Shown: in pieces, positions 29,905 through 36,501 of the stretch
Layout of the letters: each line of letters begins with the position of its first letter
Position numbering within the stretch: the stretch's first letter is position 1
From: an uncultured bacterium
Lineage (GTDB): Bacteria > Pseudomonadota > Gammaproteobacteria > Pseudomonadales > JADFDG01
Assembly: GCA_965232985.1 (NCBI GenBank)
Contig: CBDDRC010000042.1
Location: forward strand, 281,299 to 345,298
DNA: 64,000 bases
Direction of reading: 5' to 3'
The notes under the pieces: generated by a model
The model's input: the letters and a program-made list of their open reading frames with translations, nothing else
Told to the model about the DNA's origin: nothing
The model's database searches: none
Translations under genes and position numbers: made by a program

Positions 29905-31118
29905 GCGCAGAAGCGGAGGACGGGCTGATCCTGGCCGTCAATGCCGGTTCATCGTCGCTGAAAGTCGCCGGATTTTCTGTTGTCGACGGCGCACTGCGGA
30001 ACGTGTTGCGGATCGGCATCGACCTGAGTTCGGACAAGGCCCCGGCGCTCAGCGGCGATCCGGTGCTGTGCAGGGCGGTGCAGGCAACTGCGCTCACGCT
30101 CGCTGCCAAACGCAATGGCAGCGCGTTTATTGTTGCGCTGCTCGATGCGGTGCCGGTCGCCGCCGTCGCCCATCGCATCGTGCATGGCGGCGATGAGCCG
30201 CGCGAATGCGTACCGCTCGATGACGCGCGGCGTGCCGCGCTGCACGCACTGTCGCCACTGGCACCACTGCACCAGCCGGCGGCACTGGCCATCGTCGATG
30301 CCGTCGCCAATGCGCAGCCGGCGCTGCCGCAATTCGCCTGTCTGGACACCGCATTCCATGCCGGCATGCCGGCGGTTGCGCGCGAATATGCGCTGCCGCA
30401 GGCAATCCGGGCGCGCCATCCGCACCTGCATGCCTTCGGCTTTCACGGCATCTCCTGTCGCTCGGCCGTGGAACAACTGCGCGGCGCCGGCTTGCCCGCA
30501 CGCCTGATCATCGCGCATCTAGGCAGCGGCGCCAGCGTCACCGCCGTGCGCAACGGCCACAGCATCGCCACCAGCATGGGCTTCAGCGCGCTCGACGGCC
30601 TGCCGATGGCAACGCGGCCAGGACGCATTGATCCAGGCGTGCTGCTGTATCTGCTGCGCCACGAACAACCGGATGTCGACGCGCTCGAAGACCTGCTCTA
30701 CCGACGCTCCGGCCTGCTCGGCATCTCCGGCATCAGCGGCGACATGCGGGTACTGCTCGCCAGCGACAATCCCGCCGCGAAAAATGCCGTCGATTTTTTT
30801 GTGTACCGTAACCTGATGGAAATCGGGGCGCTCACTGCCGCACTCGGTGGCCTTGATGCGCTGGTTTTTACCGGCGGCGTCGGCGAGCACCAGGGGATCA
30901 TCCGTGCGCGCATTGGCGAGGGCCTGCGCTGGCTCGGCGCCAGCATCGATCCGGCCGCCAATGCACGGCATGCGCAGCACATCGGCGCTGCCGATTCACG
31001 CATCGCGCTGCGGGTAGTGGCTTGCGACGAAGAAGCGGTGATGGCGGCAGGAGTGCGCGGGCAGCAGCGCGCAACGTATCCGGCAGCACCAACGACCAGG
31101 ACAACCTCCGGCGGGTAA
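29901..31118 (+). CDS. ackA: acetate (short-chain acid) kinase
   Basis: The GTG at 29901 overlaps the pta stop (GTGA). ILAVNAGSSSLK is the N-terminal acetokinase motif. HRIVHGG, FHGISCRS, AHLGSGASV and FTGGVGEH are also present. Confidence 0.85.
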   Translation: MSAEAEDGLILAVNAGSSSLKVAGFSVVDGALRNVLRIGIDLSSDKAPALSGDPVLCRAVQATALTLAAKRNGSAFIVALLDAVPVAAVAHRIVHGGDEPRECVPLDDARRAALHALSPLAPLHQPAALAIVDAVANAQPALPQFACLDTAFHAGMPAVAREYALPQAIRARHPHLHAFGFHGISCRSAVEQLRGAGLPARLIIAHLGSGASVTAVRNGHSIATSMGFSALDGLPMATRPGRIDPGVLLYLLRHEQPDVDALEDLLYRRSGLLGISGISGDMRVLLASDNPAAKNAVDFFVYRNLMEIGALTAALGGLDALVFTGGVGEHQGIIRARIGEGLRWLGASIDPAANARHAQHIGAADSRIALRVVACDEEAVMAAGVRGQQRATYPAAPTTRTTSGG

Positions 31119-31178
31119 CTGTCGGGGGCTTTTTTATGCCGACTGCCAGTGCCATAATGTCACCCAAAGGGTTACACC

Positions 31179-31457
31179 ATGATTGTCTCGTTCAAGCACA
31201 AGGGGCTGGAGACCTTCTACCGGACGGCCAGTACGAAGGGCATCCAGGCAAAACACGCGGCAAGACTGCAGGTGCTACTGACCGTGCTTGAGCACGCCGA
31301 AGCGCCTTCCGATGTAAACCAGCCGGGCTTCGGGCTGCACCCACTCAAGGGAAGCCGCAAAGGCGACTGGTCGATAACGGTACAGGCCAACTGGCGGCTG
31401 ACATTTCGGTTCACTGAGCAGGGCGTCGAGTTGCTCAATTACGAGGACTACCACTGA
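31179..31457 (+). CDS. higB: type II toxin HigB (RelE/ParE superfamily, plasmid-maintenance killer family)
   Basis: 92 aa. MIVSFKHKGLETFY...GIQAKHAARLQVLLTVL...LHPLKG.RKGDWSITV.ANWRLTFRF is the canonical HigB pattern. Its stop overlaps the antitoxin start (TGATG). Confidence 0.9.
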   Translation: MIVSFKHKGLETFYRTASTKGIQAKHAARLQVLLTVLEHAEAPSDVNQPGFGLHPLKGSRKGDWSITVQANWRLTFRFTEQGVELLNYEDYH

Positions 31458-31768
31458 TGAGAAACTATAAGGGCATGTATAACCCGGCGCATCCGGGCGA
31501 AGTGCTGAAGGAAGGTTATCTGAAGCCACTTAAGCTCACCCAGGCTGAAGTCGCCGAGCTGCTGGGCGTGTCGCGCAAGACAGTTTCCGAACTGGTGAAC
31601 GGCCGCGCGCCGGTAACTGCGGAGATGGCCATGCGGATCGCGCTGGTGTTCGACTCGGATCCGGGATTCTGGCTGCGCATGCAGGCCGGCCGGGATGCGT
31701 GGGAAGTACATCAGCGGGAAAAAGAGATACGCCGCGAGGTGACCACATACGCACAGTACGCCGCCTGA
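31457..31768 (+). CDS. higA: type II antitoxin HigA (XRE-type HTH)
   Basis: 103 aa. HPGEVLKEGYLKPLKLTQAEVAELLGVSRKTVSELVNGRAPVTAEMAMRIA is the typical HigA HTH domain. Confidence 0.9.
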   Translation: MRNYKGMYNPAHPGEVLKEGYLKPLKLTQAEVAELLGVSRKTVSELVNGRAPVTAEMAMRIALVFDSDPGFWLRMQAGRDAWEVHQREKEIRREVTTYAQYAA

Positions 31769-32039
31769 CCGCCCTGCTGCCCGTATACGCAACACCCAAA
31801 GCCGATGCGGAATATCCAAACGGCCTTTGGCGAGCCAATGCAATGTAACTGCCGGGGCTATCTGCGACGATGTAACTCCTCTATGGCCTCAAGTTCCTTC
31901 GCAAGCTCACCCGGCGCGTAACGAACCACCGGCACCTGCCGTTCGTCGCAGACATTGATAAATTAATGCCGGGTTTCAATCCGCTCATGGGCCGCTGGGT
32001 GCCCGAGGCCGACGACAAAACCATCCGCGAAGTTTTCGT

Positions 32040-32405
32040 GCAGGGGCGTGTCCTAGATTTTGGGTAAACGGGCCAAAGGCAGGAAACTGCCCCCCAACCC
32101 GGAGACACCATGTCCAAGCTCAAACACGACGCACCCCAAGAATTGTTGGCCAGCCTGCGGCCAACTACAAAAAGCCTGAAGACCTGATCGGCGAGAACGG
32201 CCTCCTCAAGCAACTGACCAAGCTCCTTCCCCAGCGACGAGGCGCTGATCACGCTGTTCTATCTGGCCCTACGCAACATCAGCAAGAAGTGGACGATGCC
32301 GATCCGCGACTGGAAGGCCGCCCTGAACCGCTTGACGATCCAGTTCGAGGGAAGGCTCCCTCAGGCGTAAACAGAAATCCCGGTTACACAGAATTCTGCA
32401 CACCC
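32040..32405 (+). mobile_element. IS256-family insertion sequence remnant, internally deleted (transposase reduced to frameshifted N- and C-terminal fragments, 32110-32370)
   Basis: Three frames in series read MSKLKHDAPQELLASL / [21 protein letters not shown] / [47 protein letters not shown]. These are the conserved N- and C-termini of IS256/mutator transposases, and the whole DDE core is missing. The element ends are approximate (TGTGTAA-like terminus near 32385-32405). Confidence 0.7.
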
Positions 32406-32406
32406 T

Positions 32407-32511
32407 CCTGTACGGACCCATTAGCAGTAGTGCGCGATGCACTTTGTAGTTACTGGCGTCGCGGTACAGGTACTCAAAGACGAAATGGGCATGGCTAGTA
32501 CACCACCTCAA
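32407..32511 (-). pseudogene. 5' part of a small gene (FEYLYRDASNYK motif) apparently truncated by the IS remnant
   Basis: The ORF starts at 32511, overlapping the upstream 107-aa gene by 17 nt. It reads MRWCTSHAHFVFEYLYRDASNYKVHRALLLMGPY and then runs into the IS256 right end. The remainder of the 80-aa track ORF is IS sequence read antisense. Confidence 0.35.
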
Positions 32512-32818
32512 TATCGTCGGACTCCCACGGAACCTCGGTGATCAGGTAGCCCAGGCGATTCACGTAGTGATAGCCGGTGACGATGACCCAGCAGTTATCG
32601 CCGTCTTCATCGCCGTAAGGATGGGGTTGACCGTCGGAGAGGTCGACGTCGATGACGGTCCACACGCGGGATTCATCGGTGCGTCGAACGGTTTGCAGGT
32701 CTCGGCCGAAGGCCGCGAACATTGGCCGGCTGGGTTCGCCTTCGACGATTTCGGAGGAGATGGGGCGAAATTTACCTACAAATTCTGCGTAGGAAATTAG
32801 AACTGGTTCGAAGGCCAT
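32495..32818 (-). CDS. hypothetical small acidic protein (107 aa)
   Basis: ATG at 32818 with GGAG 6 nt upstream. The sequence includes ...VWTVIDVDLSDGQPHPYGDEDGDNCWVIVTGYHYVNRLGYLITEVPW... The region is A/T-richer than its surroundings. No family assigned. Confidence 0.55.
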   Translation of the reverse strand: MAFEPVLISYAEFVGKFRPISSEIVEGEPSRPMFAAFGRDLQTVRRTDESRVWTVIDVDLSDGQPHPYGDEDGDNCWVIVTGYHYVNRLGYLITEVPWESDDIEVVY

Positions 32819-32822
32819 GATG

Positions 32823-32853
32823 GGCTCCGCGCATATGGGCTGTATGCGGAGCC
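32823..32853 (-). promoter_or_regulatory. perfect 8-bp stem hairpin enclosing the Shine-Dalgarno of the 107-aa gene
   Basis: GGCTCCGC (32823-32830) pairs with GCGGAGCC (32846-32853), with a 15-nt loop. On the minus-strand mRNA the 3' arm GCGGAGCC carries the GGAG that lies 6 nt upstream of the ATG. Confidence 0.35.
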
Positions 32854-32928
32854 TACCCAGGGTTGCCGGGCGGGTGGAATGGCAAATGGCTTACGTAGAA
32901 ATGCCTGGAGTGGATGCCGGATAAGCCG

Positions 32929-33786
32929 TTAAAGCTCGGCTAAGTATTGGGTCGGTGTAAGGAGAAGTTGGCCATCCAGTTTCCCGGTAAGAGCGAACAT
33001 CTTTGGGTCGTCTACAAAATGGAATAGTCGGTATAGGTGATATTCCGCCGACCGTTCTTGCGAAACCTGCAACTCCTTCTTGGTGAGGTAGAAGGGCGCA
33101 TAACGGCCATACCGAGTAGTTTTCACTTCGATGAGACGATCCCTTCCATTCTCCTCATACGATCGGATGTCATATCCGAGACCGTCTCCTTCGACAACAC
33201 TGGAATGCTCAACCTTGCGGGCGAGTGATTCCTTCCCGGCGTAGATCAGTCTGGCGATTTCAAAATTCAGCGCAAATTTCTCTCCTAGCAGGCCAAGTTT
33301 TGCGTTTGCCGCCTCCAGCTGCAAGTAATCCTTCTTTCTGGCAATAGTCGTTGGCGAAGATTCCCGCACAGCCTTCGGCTTCTGTTCCCTTCGTTCTGGG
33401 GTTGAAACAAGAGCCGATAAAATGTCACTGACTGATGGGACCTCAGTGATTTGTGGGTCAAGAACAGAGCGCTCTAGCAGCGCCTGAAGAATCTGATTCG
33501 ATTCGGCCTGCTGCTGAACGATTTCCGGGAACAAGCCACCCTGAAAATTCCAGGCGGGCTTGTAGCCATCGATAGGGGGATAGCCCATATCGAGCAGAAC
33601 TGCGCTGATGTTCTGGTGCTTGTATTCAATCGACCCTTCGGATCGCTCCTTAAGTTTCGGGAGCAGAGCCTTCCGATGCGCCGCCTTGTTGTAAGCAACA
33701 CCCCTTCGCTCATCAATCAGCATTGAGAGGTAGTCGGCAACGATCAGCTCAATTTCCTCTCGCGACCATGCGGTAGGCGACGGCAT
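32929..33786 (-). CDS. DUF3883 (NO VEIN C-terminal, PD-(D/E)xK-like) domain protein with unassigned N-terminal domain
   Basis: 285 aa. The C-terminal ~130 aa, LGLLGEKFALNFEIARL...GDGLGYDIRSYEENGRDRLIEVKTTRYGRYAPFYLTKKELQVSQERSAEYHLYRLFHF, match the DUF3883 pattern (GYDI.S....IEVKTT....F.LT.NE......Y.LYRV). AAGGA lies upstream of the ATG at 33786. This is the most A/T-rich gene in the window by eye. Confidence 0.75.
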   Translation of the reverse strand: MPSPTAWSREEIELIVADYLSMLIDERRGVAYNKAAHRKALLPKLKERSEGSIEYKHQNISAVLLDMGYPPIDGYKPAWNFQGGLFPEIVQQQAESNQILQALLERSVLDPQITEVPSVSDILSALVSTPERREQKPKAVRESSPTTIARKKDYLQLEAANAKLGLLGEKFALNFEIARLIYAGKESLARKVEHSSVVEGDGLGYDIRSYEENGRDRLIEVKTTRYGRYAPFYLTKKELQVSQERSAEYHLYRLFHFVDDPKMFALTGKLDGQLLLTPTQYLAEL

Positions 33787-33966
33787 TGCGCAGTCCTTTA
33801 TTGCGGGGAACTGAATATACCGTGCATTACCAATCAGGACGCCTGCAACGCGCGGTGCCGGAAACTGCGCACATCGCAGGTAGCGCCCGGCCGGCAGACG
33901 GCCCTCCGGACGCCTGATTCACTCCCTGATCCCGCCGCCCTCGCGGCGATAGCAGATAGTGATATC

Positions 33967-34230
33967 ATGCCGATTCTGAACAGCACCCACCGAAAGACCT
34001 TGGCCGCGCTGTTCGCGGTACCCACGCCGTCCTCGCTGGAGTGGCGTCGCCTGGAGGCGCTGCTGGTTGCTTTGGGCGCGCAAGTCGTCGAGGGCAATGG
34101 CTCCCGGGTGCGGTTCGAACTTCACGGTGTGGTGGCCACCTTCCACCGCCCTCATCCGCGGAAGGAAGCGAAGCCCTACCAGGTCCGGGATGCGCGGGAA
34201 TTCCTGTTACAGGCAGGTGTGCAGCCATGA
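33967..34230 (+). CDS. hicA: type II toxin HicA
   Basis: 87 aa. ...HRKTLAALFAVPTPSSLEWRRLEALLVALGAQVVEGNGSRVRFELHGVVATFHRPHP.KEAKPYQVRDAREFL is HicA-like (YcfA family). It overlaps the hicB start (ATGA). Confidence 0.85.
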   Translation: MPILNSTHRKTLAALFAVPTPSSLEWRRLEALLVALGAQVVEGNGSRVRFELHGVVATFHRPHPRKEAKPYQVRDAREFLLQAGVQP

Positions 34231-34562
34231 ATGTCATGAACCACAAGGGTTACGCCGCTCGCATCGAATACAGCGATGAAGACGGCTGCTTTGTCGGTCG
34301 CGTCGCCGGCATCCACGATGTGGTGGGTTTCCACGGCGAGTCGGTCGCGGAGCTGAAGGCCGCGTTCGAGCAAGCCGTCGAGGATTACCTCGCCACCTGC
34401 AAAAAGCTGAAGCGTCCACCGCAACGCCCGTATTCCGGCAAGGTGATGCTGCGCATTGATCCCGGCATCCACGCGCAGGCTGCGATGCGCGCGGAAGCGG
34501 AAGGCAAGAGCCTGAACGCCTGGGCGCAGGATGCGTTGCGGCGGGCAATCGCGGCGCAGTAA
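34227..34562 (+). CDS. hicB: type II antitoxin HicB (with C-terminal RHH-like region)
   Basis: 111 aa. YAARIEYSDEDGCFVGRVAGIHDVVGFHGESVAELKAAFEQAVEDYLATCKKLKRPPQRPYSGKVMLRIDPGIHAQAAMRAEAEGKSLNAWAQDALR is the typical HicB-family layout. Confidence 0.85.
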   Translation: MNVMNHKGYAARIEYSDEDGCFVGRVAGIHDVVGFHGESVAELKAAFEQAVEDYLATCKKLKRPPQRPYSGKVMLRIDPGIHAQAAMRAEAEGKSLNAWAQDALRRAIAAQ

Positions 34563-34599
34563 TCCTTCCACTTGCTACGCGATCCGCATACCGCACACC

Positions 34600-34740
34600 G
34601 TCCGCCGTGAGCTGCCGCTCGCGCCGGAGTCTCGCGTTCTCTACTGCGTGGCGTGTATCGAGCATGACGACACACAACGAATCATCAGCCTGCGCCACGC
34701 CAACCGTCGCGATGTCACCCACTATGTCGAAAACACCTAA
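34600..34740 (+). pseudogene. 3' fragment of a BrnT-like (DUF497) toxin gene
   Basis: ...ESRVLYCVACIEHDDTQRIISLRHANRRDVTHYVEN* resembles the BrnT C-terminus (..vL.VVyt.r.d..RIISARkA...E...Y). The N-terminal half and a brnA partner are absent. Confidence 0.4.
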
Positions 34741-34806
34741 ACGCCGCGTACGCATGAACCCGCTTTTCATTCCTCTGCTACCATCCCTCCCGCCCCGGAC
34801 GTTGCG

Positions 34807-36501
34807 GTGAACACCATGGATGCCCAGCAAGAACTGCAGGATCGCCTGGCGCGTATCGAAGCCCGGCTCGATGCACTCGCCCAGCGGCTGGAGATGCCGC
34901 TGCCGGCCGCGCCCGTTGCAACAACACCGAAGACAATTGCGAAGACACCGGCATACAAGCCACCACCGCGTGCCGCTGCCGAGGAAGGTAGCGGCGCATC
35001 GCGGCTGATGGCATGGGGCGCCGCTGTTGCGTTCCTGCTCGCGGCAATTTATCTGCTACGCATCGTCTATGACAGCGGCTGGCTCACGCCGCCGCGCCAG
35101 GTTGGGCTCGCGCTGCTCGGCGGGCTGGCGCTCATTGCCACCGGCCTGTTCGTGTCACGTATCGACCGGATGTACGCCGCTTTTCTGCCTGCGGCGGGAA
35201 CGGTGGTGCTATACATCACCGCCTATGCCGCACACCTGCATTACGATCTGATCGCGCGCGGCGGCGCATTCGCGGCGATCGGCGCCACCAGCATCGTTGC
35301 GCTCTGGCTGGGCCGCACGTTCAACAACAGCGTATTCGCCGTGCTGGCCACGGTGGGCACCTATCTCTTTCCGCTGTGGCTCACCCAAGGCGATGTCGCC
35401 ATCGGCGATTTCATCGTCTACTACGCCGTGTGGGGCTTGGTCTTCGCCATCACCGCATTGATCGAAGGCCGCCGCACCGCGTATGTGCTGTCGATGTTCT
35501 GTGCGCTGATTTCGTTTCAGATTGCCTGGCAGTTGGGCGGCACCAAGGCGGACTGGGCCAGTGTCGCCGCATTCCAGTGCTTTCAGTTCCTGCTTTCCGC
35601 CGTTACGGCCGTGGCTTTCTCGCTCATCCATCGCAGCCCGATGAGCAGCGAGGTTGCGTTCGTGCATGGTGTCGCGCTGTTTTATTTTTACATGCTGCAA
35701 TACGCGCTGCTGCGCCACTACGCGCCGGACATCGTCGGTTTCTTCGCGCTCGGCAGTGCCGTGTTCGTCCTGGCCATCTACCTGGTAGCACGCAGCGTGT
35801 TGCCCGCCGCACAGCGGGTTGCCGGCGCGCTGCTCACCAGCAGCTATTGCGCAGTCGTTACCGCGCACATTCTCGTTTTCGAGTGGCTGCCCGGCGCGTG
35901 GCTGCCGTGGGCGGCGCTGCTGGCACCGCTGGCAGGCCTCGCCTTTTCGCCGGTATTCCGTGACACCCCGCAGGCGCTGCTGCCCATCCGGCTGGTGTCT
36001 CTCGTCGTCTTCGCCGTCGGTTTTCTGGCCAGCCTGTTCAATGATGCCGGCCAGATGGTTCCCCTGCCCAATGCCATCCTGTTTGCCTACGCGGCAGCGA
36101 TTTATCTTGGCTACGCGCTCTTGCGCGAGCAGGGCACAACCCATGGCGCCAATGTTGCGCTGCTGTATGCCGGCCATATCAGCGCCATGCTGGCGTGCAG
36201 CCGCGCGCTGGATTCTGCTTTCTACAGCGCAGGTTTCAGCATCTCGCTGGCGTGGGCCCTGCTCGCGCTCGCCGCGCTCGGCACGGCCTTGGCACTGCGC
36301 GATCGCAACATCGGCCGTTCCTCGCTGCTGATCTTCGCCGCCTCGGCCGGCAAGGTACTCGTGTTCGATCTGCACGGCGCCAACTCGCTGTTGCGCGTCT
36401 TGTCGCTGCTCGTTGTCGGCATCAGCCTGTACGCCGGCGGCTGGTTGTATCAGCGCATGTTCAAAGACCCTGAATCATCCACTGTGGAAATTCACCCATG
36501 A
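34807..36501 (+). CDS. DUF2339-like polytopic membrane protein
   Basis: 564 aa. It has an N-terminal coiled segment (QQELQDRLARIEARLDALAQRLE) and a Pro/Ala linker, then about 15 hydrophobic helices, which is the DUF2339 architecture. Start is GTG 34807 or ATG 34816. Confidence 0.7.
   Translation: MNTMDAQQELQDRLARIEARLDALAQRLEMPLPAAPVATTPKTIAKTPAYKPPPRAAAEEGSGASRLMAWGAAVAFLLAAIYLLRIVYDSGWLTPPRQVGLALLGGLALIATGLFVSRIDRMYAAFLPAAGTVVLYITAYAAHLHYDLIARGGAFAAIGATSIVALWLGRTFNNSVFAVLATVGTYLFPLWLTQGDVAIGDFIVYYAVWGLVFAITALIEGRRTAYVLSMFCALISFQIAWQLGGTKADWASVAAFQCFQFLLSAVTAVAFSLIHRSPMSSEVAFVHGVALFYFYMLQYALLRHYAPDIVGFFALGSAVFVLAIYLVARSVLPAAQRVAGALLTSSYCAVVTAHILVFEWLPGAWLPWAALLAPLAGLAFSPVFRDTPQALLPIRLVSLVVFAVGFLASLFNDAGQMVPLPNAILFAYAAAIYLGYALLREQGTTHGANVALLYAGHISAMLACSRALDSAFYSAGFSISLAWALLALAALGTALALRDRNIGRSSLLIFAASAGKVLVFDLHGANSLLRVLSLLVVGISLYAGGWLYQRMFKDPESSTVEIHP

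Noticed and set aside
31769-32040. Short open stretches between higA and the IS remnant. Plus strand: MPGFNPLMGRWVPEADDKTIREVFVQGRVLDFG*. Minus strand: FINVCDERQVPVVRYAPGELAKELEAIEELHRRR*. Also the 123-aa track ORF at 31881-32252.
   Set aside because: They are too short, lack convincing starts or ribosome-binding sites, and I cannot assign them to any family. They are most likely decayed gene fragments. The 123-aa ORF merely reads antisense across the fragments and the IS left end. I list them only as evidence of decay within the islet.
34041-34226. A 173-aa ORF that would extend hicB upstream across hicA.
   Set aside because: The upstream part is an out-of-frame reading of hicA. The ATG at 34227 overlapping the hicA stop gives a HicB of normal length, with conserved sequence from its first residues.
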